A stretch of 64,000 nucleotides of DNA. Origin: Candidatus Kryptoniota bacterium (GTDB taxonomy: Bacteria > Bacteroidota > Ignavibacteria > Kryptoniales > JAKASW01). The translations under genes were made by a program, and so were the position numbers. Where the stretch lies: contig JAHECO010000005.1 in the NCBI GenBank assembly GCA_024641705.1, positions 98,188 to 162,187 of the forward strand. The letters run 5' to 3'. Below the pieces are notes generated by a model. That model was given only the letters and a program-made list of their open reading frames with translations, had not been told where the DNA came from and did no database searches. Of the stretch, positions 8,978 through 19,159 are shown in pieces. The first letter of the stretch is position 1, and each line of letters starts with the position of its first letter.

Positions 8978-10234
8978 ATGGAACAGTCAGCGTACAAGAT
9001 CTATGGCTATAGATGGCTCATTCTTGTCGTTTTCATGCTGGTTGCGGCATTCAACCAGCTTGTGTGGATCACGTTTGCGCCGGTAACCGACGCCGCCGCG
9101 GCCTATTACCACGTTTCCCAGCTGGATATCGGGCTTCTCTCGATGAGTTTCATGATTGCCTTTCTGGTGTTCTCCATCCCCGCATCGTGGATGATCGACA
9201 CTTACGGTTTTCGCGTGGCCGTTGGGATCGGCGCCGGCTTGACAGGTGTGTTCGGCCTGATGCGCGGACTCGTTGCATCGGACTTCACCCTTGTTATGAT
9301 CGCACAGATCGGTACCGCCGTCGGTCAGCCGTTTATCCTGAACGCTCTCACGAAAGTTGCAGCACGGTGGTTCCCGATCGAGGAACGGGCAACGGCTTCC
9401 GGGCTCGGATCTCTGGCCATGTACCTGGGGATTTTAGCAGGGCTGGCATTAACTCCATCGCTTACAGAAGGGGCCGGTTTCTCCAATATGCTGCTTTACT
9501 ACGGTATCGGGGCCCTCGTCGCCGGAATAGTATTCATTCTCTTTGCACGTGAACATCCTGCGACTCCTCCCGGCCCGGCGGACCAGGAAGAACGCGCACT
9601 CATGTTCGACGGTATGAAACAGATTCTTCGGAACAGGAATTTCCTCCTTCTCATGGCGATCTTCTTTATCGGACTTGGAGTCTTCAACAGCGTAACTACA
9701 TGGATTGAAGACATCATCAGCCCGCGCGGCTTTACGGCGACACAAGCTGGCACAGCAGGAGGTCTGATGATAGTCGGGGGGATCGTCGGAGCCGTGATAC
9801 TTCCGACTTTGTCGGATAAATATCGCAAGCGTGTGCCGTTCATAATCATCGGACTTGTCGGCACGATTCCTGGTCTGCTCGGAATCACCTTCGCCACAAC
9901 GAGCGCCCTTCTCTACGCCGGTTCGTTTGCGCTGGGTTTCTTCTTGCTTAGCTGTGGACCGATCGGCTTCCAGTACGGTGCAGAGATCGGCAGACCTGCA
10001 CCTGAAGGGACATCGAACGGGCTCCTCCTGCTGATGGGACAGATCTCGGGGATCGCCTTCATTTTCGGCATGGCTGCGTTCAGAGTCGGACCTAAGGGCT
10101 CGATGACGCCGTCTCTCCTTGTCATGAGCGGGTTGATCGTGGTGGGCCTGTTCATGGCAGCGAGGTTGCGGGAATCCGATCTTGTCGCCGGCGCGGGGAC
10201 GCGGGTACAGGAGGCAACTGAGGCGTCGCAATAG
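8978..10234 (+). CDS. MFS transporter
   Basis: 418 aa and about 12 hydrophobic helices. AAGGAG lies upstream of the ATG. The general MFS topology is clear, but the substrate is unknown. Confidence 0.8.
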   Translation: MEQSAYKIYGYRWLILVVFMLVAAFNQLVWITFAPVTDAAAAYYHVSQLDIGLLSMSFMIAFLVFSIPASWMIDTYGFRVAVGIGAGLTGVFGLMRGLVASDFTLVMIAQIGTAVGQPFILNALTKVAARWFPIEERATASGLGSLAMYLGILAGLALTPSLTEGAGFSNMLLYYGIGALVAGIVFILFAREHPATPPGPADQEERALMFDGMKQILRNRNFLLLMAIFFIGLGVFNSVTTWIEDIISPRGFTATQAGTAGGLMIVGGIVGAVILPTLSDKYRKRVPFIIIGLVGTIPGLLGITFATTSALLYAGSFALGFFLLSCGPIGFQYGAEIGRPAPEGTSNGLLLLMGQISGIAFIFGMAAFRVGPKGSMTPSLLVMSGLIVVGLFMAARLRESDLVAGAGTRVQEATEASQ

Positions 10235-10487
10235 TCTTCGACCTGGAGCACCTCACCCGCCGGGCTAAGCGCCTGTTGTTCTCTCTCAGCAGGGCAAATC
10301 GAAAGGGGGTGGAGCTTCCGATAAGTGCTGTTGAATAAATCCGGCGGGGCGGTTATGTTCCTCCGTTCGCGATGGCGGGCCGTCATGTCAGAGCCGGGCT
10401 ACTGTCGGCACATCTTGACCGTCGGTTCAAATGATACGTGCCCGAGTCGTGGCTTTCAATCGAACTATTGGTCAAGAGGACAACACG

Positions 10488-12593
10488 ATGAAAAAGTTTT
10501 CACTTCAGGCTGCTTTTCTGCTTTTCCCATTTCAGATCTTAATGTCACAGACCCTACCTGCGGACTCGTTGGAGTATAGATATCCCGGTGAGGTCGTCAT
10601 TACAGCTCCCAGGGTAAGCGTGCCGCTGGGCAAAGCTCCGTTTTCTATAACCCTTGTTGATTCGGAAGAGCTGGATGTTCTTCCGCGGGCGGTCGCGATG
10701 GATGAGCCGCTGAGACTCACGCCAGGTGTCAAGGTGGATAACCAGGCGAACGGAGAGAGAGTGCATCTATCCATCCGGGGCCAGGGAATACTCACCGAGA
10801 CGGGAATACGTTCCATCAAAGTTCTCCTCGATGAAATCCCCGTCAATGACCCCACCGGATTTGCGCCGGACTTCTATGATGTGGATCTCCACACCGTCGA
10901 GAGGATCGAGGTACTGCGCGGACCGGCCGCGTCGCTTTACGGCGGAGGTGCGGCAGGCGGGATAATCAATATCGTCACTGAGAATTCTCCGAACACTCCG
11001 CTATTTGGAGAAGTTTCTTCCACGGGCGGCTCGAACGGTTTCTGGAATGGGTTTGGCCAATTCGGCGGCGACGTACGCGATGTCAACTACCGGGTCTCTC
11101 TCTCACGCACCGTCGGGGACGGGTATCGCGTCCACACACATTTCTGGCAGAACAAGGCTTACGCAAAAGCTACGTACACTCCGGGCTCGTCGGTTCAGTT
11201 GATGCCGCTTTTCTCATGGTCGCACACCTATCATGAAAATCCTGAGGGATTAAGCCTTGCCCAGTATCTGCAGGATCCGAAGCTGCCTAACGACGATGCT
11301 ATCCCGTACAACGAACACATGGAAACCAACCGAACGATCGAGGGGATTACCGGATTGATACGTTTCGAAGATCGCCACGAAGTCCGGTTCAACGGCTACG
11401 TGAAGCAGTCTCAGTATACGGAGGTCAACAACCATGTGTTCGACCACCAGTCTCTGACTACACCGGGGATGTCGATTCAGTACACGCTTCGCCCGGGCCC
11501 GGACGAGGGCAAAATCAGAAACGAGTTCAGCGTCGGGACAGACCTCCAATGGCAGACAAACAATGAATATTTGACCCCCAACGACTATTCCGTCGAGGTA
11601 GATTCGGTACTTGCCCGTCAGGAAATACGGCAATCGGGTGAAGGATTCTTCCTGATCGACGTGCTCAGCATCGCTCGCGATTGGAACATCATGGCAAGCG
11701 TGAGGTACGACAGAATCCACAACGAACTTACTGATTTGATGAAAACGGATTCGACCGACCATTCCGGCTCGGCCGACTTTTCGAATTTCACCGGAAAGCT
11801 CGGAGTAGCTTTCTCCCTGATGCCGGAGCTGACTCTTTTCGGAAACTGGGGGGAGGGGTTCATACCGCCTTCCACAGAGGAGCTCGGCAATAACCCTGCC
11901 GGGTATGGAGGTTTCAATTCGAGCCTGAAGGCCGCCACGTCTTCATGTTTTGAAGCCGGCGCGCGCGGGACGATAGGACGAAAGCTCCGCTACGATCTCA
12001 CCGGGTTTTACATGACTACGAAGAACGACTTCGACAGGTATCGGATACCCGGACGCGGCCACGGGGAAGAAGGTACATTCTACCAGAACATCGGCGCGAG
12101 CCGTCGCCTGGGTCTCGAGCTTTCTGCCGGATATAAACCTTTCAAACCGCTCCTCATCCAGATCGCGTACACGTACTCAAATTTCAAATACGATGTCGGT
12201 TCTCCGATACCGATTCTGATGGACGATACTACGATACATAAATACATTGAAAACGGAAACTGGCTTCCCAATTCCCCCATGCATCAACTGGCCGTCGACA
12301 TCGGTTACGAAATTCTACCCGGCGTATCGGTCGGCCTGACGTCGGAGACATTAAGCAAGTCATACATCGATGGGGCTAACGTGGAATCGGAAGCGGCGCC
12401 CGGATATACGCTGTTCGGCGCGCGCCTCGTTTACCGTTGGCACTTCGGAGACATATCGGGTGATATGATGTTCAATGTGAAGAACATTGCCGACACTCGC
12501 TACATTGCCTTCACTGAACCGGATCCGGGCGGAAACTCGTACCAGCCGGGAGCGGGAAGAGAATTCTTCGGCACTCTGAGGATCTTGTTGTAG
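10488..12593 (+). CDS. TonB-dependent receptor
   Basis: Preferred start is ATG 10488 (MKKFSLQAAFLLFPFQILMSQ, a signal peptide). A plug region is present (VVITAPR...ITLVDSEEL...LRLTPGV...IRGQG...VERIEVLRGPAASLYGGGAAGGIINIVT). A long beta-barrel follows. Confidence 0.9.
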   Translation: MKKFSLQAAFLLFPFQILMSQTLPADSLEYRYPGEVVITAPRVSVPLGKAPFSITLVDSEELDVLPRAVAMDEPLRLTPGVKVDNQANGERVHLSIRGQGILTETGIRSIKVLLDEIPVNDPTGFAPDFYDVDLHTVERIEVLRGPAASLYGGGAAGGIINIVTENSPNTPLFGEVSSTGGSNGFWNGFGQFGGDVRDVNYRVSLSRTVGDGYRVHTHFWQNKAYAKATYTPGSSVQLMPLFSWSHTYHENPEGLSLAQYLQDPKLPNDDAIPYNEHMETNRTIEGITGLIRFEDRHEVRFNGYVKQSQYTEVNNHVFDHQSLTTPGMSIQYTLRPGPDEGKIRNEFSVGTDLQWQTNNEYLTPNDYSVEVDSVLARQEIRQSGEGFFLIDVLSIARDWNIMASVRYDRIHNELTDLMKTDSTDHSGSADFSNFTGKLGVAFSLMPELTLFGNWGEGFIPPSTEELGNNPAGYGGFNSSLKAATSSCFEAGARGTIGRKLRYDLTGFYMTTKNDFDRYRIPGRGHGEEGTFYQNIGASRRLGLELSAGYKPFKPLLIQIAYTYSNFKYDVGSPIPILMDDTTIHKYIENGNWLPNSPMHQLAVDIGYEILPGVSVGLTSETLSKSYIDGANVESEAAPGYTLFGARLVYRWHFGDISGDMMFNVKNIADTRYIAFTEPDPGGNSYQPGAGREFFGTLRILL

Positions 12594-12735
12594 CCCTTCA
12601 GGTCGACGCGCCTGGAAAGGTTTTTTCCTGCTTCTGAGCCGGAACCGCCGGTTGGAATTTGGCGGTCTTTTCTATAACATCAGCTAAGGAAATCGTAAGA
12701 CCACTGGGCGTCCATTGAAAAGAAGGAAGGGTAAC

Positions 12736-15700
12736 ATGCGTCTCACCTTTGTCTTATTGCTTGCGCTGCTCGTGTCGTTCGGTCAGGGTTTCGGGAAAAC
12801 CGTGATTTTTTTTGAGAAAGGTTTTCCTTCAGTCGGCAATAATGAAATCAGCCGGGCCACACTGGAAGACGCGTTGGCACCGATGGATCCGGTCTTTGCC
12901 GGTATGGACAGCCTATCCGCCGCGCTCGCTCCCGGCGACCTTCTTGTACTTCCGTACGGCTCTGCTTTTCCGGCAGACTGCTGGGAGGCGATCAGCCATC
13001 ACCTCAGGAGCGGAAACTTGCTGGTGATCGGCGGAAGGCCGTTCTACGTACCGGTGTATCGCGACAGTACGGGCTGGCGAGAAGGATCTCCTCAGAACAG
13101 CTTCTCCAGGAATATCGGGATAATGTATGCCTACGAAGCTCCCCAGCACGGGCCATGGACGCTCAAGTGGGATGTCGACGCGCCGTTCTTTCACGTTAAG
13201 TCGCTCGACCCGCAACGTGTGTTCGTGAATGCCGGCTTCAGCGGAAGGTACCGAGGTCTGGGTTACATGGTAGACGCGCAGGGGAATCGGCTGTCTGCTC
13301 CCGTGACGGCGGAAGACATGGTGGGATTCGGTCCGCCGCGCCGCGGAGTGTTTCTCAGTTTCGATGCCAAGGCAGAATACTGGGATTCCGGTCAAGGTAA
13401 GGAATTGATAAGAGAGGCCGCGCAGTATGCAACCTACGGCGGGGTGAGAATCTATCTTAACATGCGGAGCCTTTCAATCGATCCGGCCGACCGCGTTACC
13501 GGTTCTGTGGATGTCCTGCGCGAGGGGAGACCGGCGAAGCTGACGGTCCAGCTGCTGAACGGCTCAAAGCTGATCGAGATGACGACGATGGATTGCGGCA
13601 ACTCGCTTCATCAGTCGATCAGTTTCTCGCATCGGCTAACGAAGCCCGGAATGTACACTGTCCGTGCGGTCCTCTCGATGGGCGATACGGTGATCGACCA
13701 ATATACTTCCGGGGTAGAAGTCCGTCAGCCCGGTTTGCTCCAGTCCGGAGAACGGCTGGAAGCGGGGCGAGACTACTTCAGGTTGGGAAAGAAACCGTAT
13801 CTGCCGGTGGGACTCAACTACTTCTCGACGGACCCGTACGGCCGTGCTTTTTTCCTCGGTCAGAGCATCGGTGGAAATCCGTATATATGGGAGCGAGACT
13901 TTTCAGTGATGGAGAAGGCCGGCGTGACGATGGTGCGGACCGGAATATGGGCCAATCGTTTTCGATATCTTGAACAGGTAAGCGGGGCGTCGGATGAACG
14001 GCTGCTTGATGCGATAGAGGCATATCTCGACGCGGCGGCACGTCATCACATACAGGTGATCTTTACATTCTTTGCATTTAATCCGGGTGGTGAGATGCGA
14101 CCCGGTCGCGGGCCGGGGGACAATGGTTTTGAACGTGCGTCGAATCCCTACGTGGATCCGATGGAGATCGAACGGCAGACTACTTATGTCCATTCAATTG
14201 CGTCGCGGTTCAAAGATGTCCCGTTCCTCAGCTACGACCTCATTAACGAACCGAGTTACGCAAACATCGAGCATATATGGAAGGGAAACTCGCCGACAGG
14301 CAGTCCTGCGGAGACATCAGCCTGGCAGCGCTGGCTCAAGATGCAATATGGCACTGTAGACAAGCTTGCGGGGGCGTGGCATGTCCCGCCTTCAGAACTT
14401 GGCGGCTTTGACCGAGTGCCGCTGCCTGACTACGACGACATACAGCAGACACGCGACAATAATTCGATGAACGTCCGCGCGGTAGACTACAACCACTTTG
14501 CCCAGTTCGCGTTCAATAACTGGGTTACAGATATGATCAATGCGATTCGCTCGACCGGCTCGAAACAGGCAATCACGGTCGGACAGGATGAAGGGGGAAT
14601 CACAAACCGAGTGCTCGATCAGTTCATCGCCAAGACCGACGTGACCTATACGGTAAACCACACATGGTGGCAGGACGATGCGCTGCTATGGGACTCGGTG
14701 GTTCCGAAGACTCCCTACAAGCCCAATCTCGTCGAGGAGACGGGGCCGCAGCCCGTGTGGACCGTCGACGGGATTTGGAAGCTTGACGACATGAACGGTC
14801 TGGGACTCGAGGAGCGCAAGCTCGTCCTGGCCTTTGCAAACGCGGGGGCGGGAGTCCTTCACTGGGATCTGACTCACAGCGATGATTTCGGGATAATGAG
14901 ACGCGACGGTTCGGAGAAAGTGTGGATGGACGCACTAAAGGGAGTTGCGTCCTTTGCTCGCGAGGCTGAGCCCTATGCCACCGACGCGAAACTTCCCGAG
15001 ACGGCGATCGTTTTGCCCCAGTCCCTTCAACTGTCGACGTTCAACAGGTATTCGATAGAGGTCCAGCAGAAAGCGGTCCGGGCACTTTACCAGTATGTGC
15101 GTGGTACGGCATTCGCGATCGGAGAATACCAGCTTTCTGACATGCCGGCAGCCAAGCTTATAATCGTTCCTGCACCCTGGGTGTTGAATCAGAATGCCTG
15201 GGATGAACTGATGGCAAAGGTGAAGGCGGGTGCGACCCTCCTGATATCGGGAAGAGTCGATGCGGATGAGCACTGGCAATCCGTTCCGGGGAGGACGACC
15301 GGATGGAACGTCGGCTACCGGGAAGAGGCTTTAAAGACGCGATACGCAGAAGTGAACTGGCCCGGCGATTCCGCGCGGTTGAGCTACTCGGGCGACAAGA
15401 CGACGTATCTCGACCGGGGAGTCCTCAGCGGTAGCAAGACGTTTGCCGACATATCCCTCGGAAAAGGGCACGTGCTTTACTTTGCGCTGCCTCTGGAGAT
15501 GTGCGATCAGATGAGCGCAATAGGGCGTGTGTACAAATTCGCCATGAAGAGGGCGGGGGTGACGGAGGCTTACACGACGGCATGTAAAGACCCGGGTATC
15601 CTGATCGCCCCTACGCAACTTCCGGACGCTACGTTGTACGTGTTGACATCCGAAACCACGGACACGTCGCCCATGGAATTCCGCGACAAGTTGAGTGGAG

Positions 15701-15792
15701 CCGATTTTACCGTCCACCTCGCTCCGGGTAGAGGTGCCCTGATGCTCATCGGTAAGAGCGGGAAGATTATCGCCTCTTATGATGTGAAGTAG
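12736..15792 (+). CDS. large secreted glycoside hydrolase, clan GH-A (GH5/GH42-like TIM barrel plus GH42-type C-terminal domains)
   Basis: ATG 12736 follows GAAGGAAGG and gives the signal peptide MRLTFVLLLALLVSFG. The catalytic-type motif YDLINEPS (the NEP acid/base of clan GH-A) is present. The later segment AKLIIVPAPWVLNQNAWDELMAKVKAGATLLISG resembles a beta-galactosidase trimerisation domain. Exact family and substrate are not determinable here. Confidence 0.6.
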   Translation: MRLTFVLLLALLVSFGQGFGKTVIFFEKGFPSVGNNEISRATLEDALAPMDPVFAGMDSLSAALAPGDLLVLPYGSAFPADCWEAISHHLRSGNLLVIGGRPFYVPVYRDSTGWREGSPQNSFSRNIGIMYAYEAPQHGPWTLKWDVDAPFFHVKSLDPQRVFVNAGFSGRYRGLGYMVDAQGNRLSAPVTAEDMVGFGPPRRGVFLSFDAKAEYWDSGQGKELIREAAQYATYGGVRIYLNMRSLSIDPADRVTGSVDVLREGRPAKLTVQLLNGSKLIEMTTMDCGNSLHQSISFSHRLTKPGMYTVRAVLSMGDTVIDQYTSGVEVRQPGLLQSGERLEAGRDYFRLGKKPYLPVGLNYFSTDPYGRAFFLGQSIGGNPYIWERDFSVMEKAGVTMVRTGIWANRFRYLEQVSGASDERLLDAIEAYLDAAARHHIQVIFTFFAFNPGGEMRPGRGPGDNGFERASNPYVDPMEIERQTTYVHSIASRFKDVPFLSYDLINEPSYANIEHIWKGNSPTGSPAETSAWQRWLKMQYGTVDKLAGAWHVPPSELGGFDRVPLPDYDDIQQTRDNNSMNVRAVDYNHFAQFAFNNWVTDMINAIRSTGSKQAITVGQDEGGITNRVLDQFIAKTDVTYTVNHTWWQDDALLWDSVVPKTPYKPNLVEETGPQPVWTVDGIWKLDDMNGLGLEERKLVLAFANAGAGVLHWDLTHSDDFGIMRRDGSEKVWMDALKGVASFAREAEPYATDAKLPETAIVLPQSLQLSTFNRYSIEVQQKAVRALYQYVRGTAFAIGEYQLSDMPAAKLIIVPAPWVLNQNAWDELMAKVKAGATLLISGRVDADEHWQSVPGRTTGWNVGYREEALKTRYAEVNWPGDSARLSYSGDKTTYLDRGVLSGSKTFADISLGKGHVLYFALPLEMCDQMSAIGRVYKFAMKRAGVTEAYTTACKDPGILIAPTQLPDATLYVLTSETTDTSPMEFRDKLSGADFTVHLAPGRGALMLIGKSGKIIASYDVK

Positions 15793-15931
15793 CCAATCAC
15801 CAGAATAGGACGATCCTGAAGAGAATGTTCTAGCGAGAGTCTTGCCGTTTATGGGAGCGTTTGACCATGCCGTCGCGGCATCGCGGTACATTGATCTTTG
15901 AAAAGTTTTACGGCGGGGTTATATTTTTTCG

Positions 15932-17062
15932 ATGAGAGTAACGCGAGCTGAAGTCGATCTATCTGCCATAAAGTACAATATAAACCAGGTTGCAAAGAGA
16001 GTAGGGCCGAACGTCCGAATACTCGGAGTGATGAAGGCCAACGCTTACGGGCATGGTCTCGTCCCGGTTGCGAAGGCCGCTATCGACGCCGGCGTCAGTT
16101 ACATGGGTGTCGCGCTTGCCGATGAAGGTATAGAACTCCGTCAGCATACCGCTGTCCCGATCCTTGTCTTCTCCCCACCTTTCGAGAACTCTCTCGAATC
16201 GTACGTTCGCTTCAACCTGGATGCCACGATAACCTCGGTCGAGACCGCGCACGCGCTTAATGAAGTCGCAAGGACGGCACACAAGAAAGCCCGGGTACAG
16301 ATAAAGGTTGACACCGGAATGGGGAGAATTGGCTTCCTTCCGGAGGTCGCCGTCGACGCTATAAGGGCGGTTGCAAACCTGGATTCGATCGAGGTTACGG
16401 GAGTCTATTCGCACTTTGCCACGTCGGATGAATCGAACAAGGAATTCGCGCGCAGGCAGCTGTTGGGTTTCAAAAAAATAGTTGCGGCAGTGAAGGACCT
16501 CGGCCTTACGTCGGTACTATTCCATATGGCAAACAGTGGAGCCATCCTGGACATGCCCGACACATTCTTCGATATGGTACGTCCGGGGATCATGTCGTAC
16601 GGCTATTACCCATCCCCCGATACTTCGGAATCGGTCGACATCAGGCCGGCACTCAATCTTAAATCGAGCGTTGCGCTGATAAAGAACGTGAAAGCCGGTA
16701 CGAGCGTCAGCTACGGGAGGAAATATTTTACCAAACGGGACAGCAGAATAGCCCTGGTTCCGATCGGTTATGGAGACGGTTTCACAAGACTCCTTACCGG
16801 AAAGGGAGCGGTGCTCATAAAGGGAAAAAGATATCCTATTGCCGGTACGATAACGATGGATCACCTGATGGTCGACGTGGGAAGTGATTTTGAAGTCCAG
16901 CAGGGTGACGAAGTCGTGCTGATCGGCAGGAGCGGCGCGGAATCGATAACCGCTTGGGAGATCGCATCGAAGCTCGGGACGATCCCATACGAGGTCCTTT
17001 GCATGCTAAACAACCGAATCCCGAGGATTTACACCAACCAGGATCAAGCATTAGGAGATTGA
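15932..17062 (+). CDS. alr: alanine racemase
   Basis: 376 aa. GVMKANAYGHG carries the PLP-lysine motif. The C-terminus IPYEVLCMLNNRIPRIY is typical. Confidence 0.92.
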   Translation: MRVTRAEVDLSAIKYNINQVAKRVGPNVRILGVMKANAYGHGLVPVAKAAIDAGVSYMGVALADEGIELRQHTAVPILVFSPPFENSLESYVRFNLDATITSVETAHALNEVARTAHKKARVQIKVDTGMGRIGFLPEVAVDAIRAVANLDSIEVTGVYSHFATSDESNKEFARRQLLGFKKIVAAVKDLGLTSVLFHMANSGAILDMPDTFFDMVRPGIMSYGYYPSPDTSESVDIRPALNLKSSVALIKNVKAGTSVSYGRKYFTKRDSRIALVPIGYGDGFTRLLTGKGAVLIKGKRYPIAGTITMDHLMVDVGSDFEVQQGDEVVLIGRSGAESITAWEIASKLGTIPYEVLCMLNNRIPRIYTNQDQALGD

Positions 17063-17066
17063 CGCC

Positions 17067-18149
17067 TTGAAAGTTTTCGCCGTCATTATGGCAGGGGGAG
17101 TAGGAGCGCGCTTCTGGCCCCAGAGCCGGGAGAACATGCCGAAACAGTTTCTGAACGTTTTCGGCGAGCGCACGCTCATCCAGCGAACCTTCGACAGGAT
17201 AGCGTCCCTGATCTCGCCGGAGAATGTGTTCGTGGTGACGAACACCGTTCAACGTCTCCTGGCTGCCGCGCAGCTTCCGCGGCTTCCGGAGAGGAACATA
17301 ATCGCCGAACCTTTCGGCCGCAATACTGCGCCCTGCATTGCAGCCGCCGCATCGGCAATTTCCTCTGTCACGCAAGATGCCGTAATGGTCGTGCTTCCCT
17401 CGGATCACCTGATCTCCGAAGAGGACAGGTTCATCGCGCAGCTTAAGGATGCCATACGGCTCGCGGACAAACAAAGGGCTCTCGTTACGATAGGCATAAG
17501 GCCCACGCATCCGGAGACAGGGTTCGGGTATATTCACTTCGACGACGGGGCAGTGGAAAAGGAAATCTCCGACCACGGCGGGCGACGTGTCCTGGAGTTC
17601 AAGGAAAAACCGGATTACGATACTGCCGTGAAATTCCTTGGCAGCGGCCGCTATCTATGGAACAGCGGCATGTTCGTGTGGCGCGTCGATGTGATTCTCG
17701 AAGAGCTCAGAAAGAACCTGACCCACTTCTCTGACTTCTGGTCACAGCTGAAAAACTCTTTCGGGAAAGCGGAATTCGAGAAGGTCCTTGAAGAGTTCTA
17801 TCTTCGCGCTGAATCGATATCAGTTGACTACGCCGTAATGGAAAAGGCGTCGAACGTGCTGACGATCCCCAGCAATTTCATGTGGAGCGACGTCGGATCC
17901 TGGGATGAAGTCTACAGACTGAGCGACAGGAATGGGGAGGGTAATTCGTTCAAGGGCGACGTCGTCAGCCTGAGAACGTCAAACAGCCTCGTGTGGGCGG
18001 AAGAAAGAACATACGGACTCATCGATGTGGATGATCTCATAGTTGTTGAGACGAAGGATGCAATCCTCATCTGCCGGCGAGGCAAGTCGCAGGGGGTGAA
18101 GGAAATTGTGGATGTGCTTAAGAAAGGGGACAGGCAAGATCTGATTTGA
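17067..18149 (+). CDS. mannose-1-phosphate guanylyltransferase (nucleotidyltransferase domain only)
   Basis: The TTG start follows AGGAG. MKVFAVIMAGGVGARFWPQSR is the G-rich NTP-binding loop, and GFGYI and WNSGMFVW motifs of the ManC/CpsB family are present. Confidence 0.8.
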   Translation: MKVFAVIMAGGVGARFWPQSRENMPKQFLNVFGERTLIQRTFDRIASLISPENVFVVTNTVQRLLAAAQLPRLPERNIIAEPFGRNTAPCIAAAASAISSVTQDAVMVVLPSDHLISEEDRFIAQLKDAIRLADKQRALVTIGIRPTHPETGFGYIHFDDGAVEKEISDHGGRRVLEFKEKPDYDTAVKFLGSGRYLWNSGMFVWRVDVILEELRKNLTHFSDFWSQLKNSFGKAEFEKVLEEFYLRAESISVDYAVMEKASNVLTIPSNFMWSDVGSWDEVYRLSDRNGEGNSFKGDVVSLRTSNSLVWAEERTYGLIDVDDLIVVETKDAILICRRGKSQGVKEIVDVLKKGDRQDLI

Positions 18150-18616
18150 AATCCGTTTACCTGCTCGCGTTGCTGGCTCTCTCTTTCTACCTTATCGGAT
18201 GCTCTGCCGCAGAGCGGTTCACAGGGTCGGGCCCTTCTCCGTCGGGAACGTCCGGCTCGGGTTCGGCACCGACACGCTTCAGCGGCAAAGTGCTGCTCAC
18301 CGTGGAGGGGACGGCATCATACTATTCATACGGTTTCGACGGGAAGAAGACGGCAAGCGGGGAGATATTCGACAAGAACGCCTACACCGCTGCCCATCGG
18401 GAATTTCCCTTCGGAACACTGCTCCGGGTCACAAATCTCGACAACGACAAGAGTGTCGAGGTCACTGTCAACGATCGAGGCCCCTTCGCGAAAGGGAGGA
18501 TAATCGATCTCTCCGAGGCTGCAGCAAGAGCCATCGGGATGATTCAGACGGGGACCGCCAGTGTGAGGATTGAGGTGTTGAAATGGGGGAATAACCAGTA
18601 CCAGAACGGTAATTGA
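18146..18616 (+). CDS. rlpA: septal ring lytic transglycosylase RlpA-family lipoprotein (DPBB domain)
   Basis: The TTG start overlaps the preceding stop. The lipobox is LIGC. ASYYSYGFDGKKTASGEIFD...AAHREFPFGTLLRVTNLDNDKSVEVTVNDRGPF is the RlpA double-psi beta-barrel signature. Confidence 0.85.
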   Translation: MKSVYLLALLALSFYLIGCSAAERFTGSGPSPSGTSGSGSAPTRFSGKVLLTVEGTASYYSYGFDGKKTASGEIFDKNAYTAAHREFPFGTLLRVTNLDNDKSVEVTVNDRGPFAKGRIIDLSEAAARAIGMIQTGTASVRIEVLKWGNNQYQNGN

Positions 18617-18635
18617 AAGGGCAGGTGCGGACGAC

Positions 18636-19157
18636 TTGCGCGACCCCTCACCCGAAGATGTAAGAAACGAGTTCAGGACCCAACGGGGCTTCAACGACCT
18701 ATTTGAGGTTTTCAGGAAGGCCATCGAGCTCCGGATCGAAGATGTCGACATATACAGGGAACTTTTGTGGAATAATTCTCTCAAGTCTGAGGAACTTCTC
18801 TTCTTTGCAAAAAGGATCGGCGAGCTCTTCCCGAAGATAGGTTTCGAAATATATATGTGGCTATCGGGTGTTTTCGAATCACGGCCCGCCGACGTCGACG
18901 GGCTTGAAATGGCGTTCCTCTGCCTGAAGAAAGCGGCCGAGTTTGACCAGAAGGCTGAAGAGCCTTACATCAGTTCGTGCAACCTTTACAATCCCGACCT
19001 GAGGATCCCTACGCTGCAAAGCATCATGTCATTCCTGAAAGGCGGTGTGGACAGGGTGGAAGACCCTTTGCCTATTTACGAGCGTCTGTCCATTTTCTAC
19101 AAGATGCTGGGGAACGACGAGATGTTCCGTTTTTATAAACAGAAATCTGGCCGCTGA
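18636..19157 (+). CDS. hypothetical protein
   Basis: 173-aa ORF whose only upstream start is a TTG. It looks helical and I recognise no family. It is retained because it fills the gap between co-oriented genes. Confidence 0.4.
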   Translation: MRDPSPEDVRNEFRTQRGFNDLFEVFRKAIELRIEDVDIYRELLWNNSLKSEELLFFAKRIGELFPKIGFEIYMWLSGVFESRPADVDGLEMAFLCLKKAAEFDQKAEEPYISSCNLYNPDLRIPTLQSIMSFLKGGVDRVEDPLPIYERLSIFYKMLGNDEMFRFYKQKSGR

Positions 19158-19159
19158 TC

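Noticed and set aside
10235-10487. Possible riboswitch (cobalamin or TPP) or Fur box in the long leader of the TonB-dependent receptor. There is also a GGTTCAAATG string that superficially resembles a tRNA T-loop.
   Set aside because: No B12 box (GCCACTG), no TPP CTGAGA/ACCTGA pair and no 19-bp Fur palindrome is present. The T-loop-like string lacks an acceptor or anticodon context.
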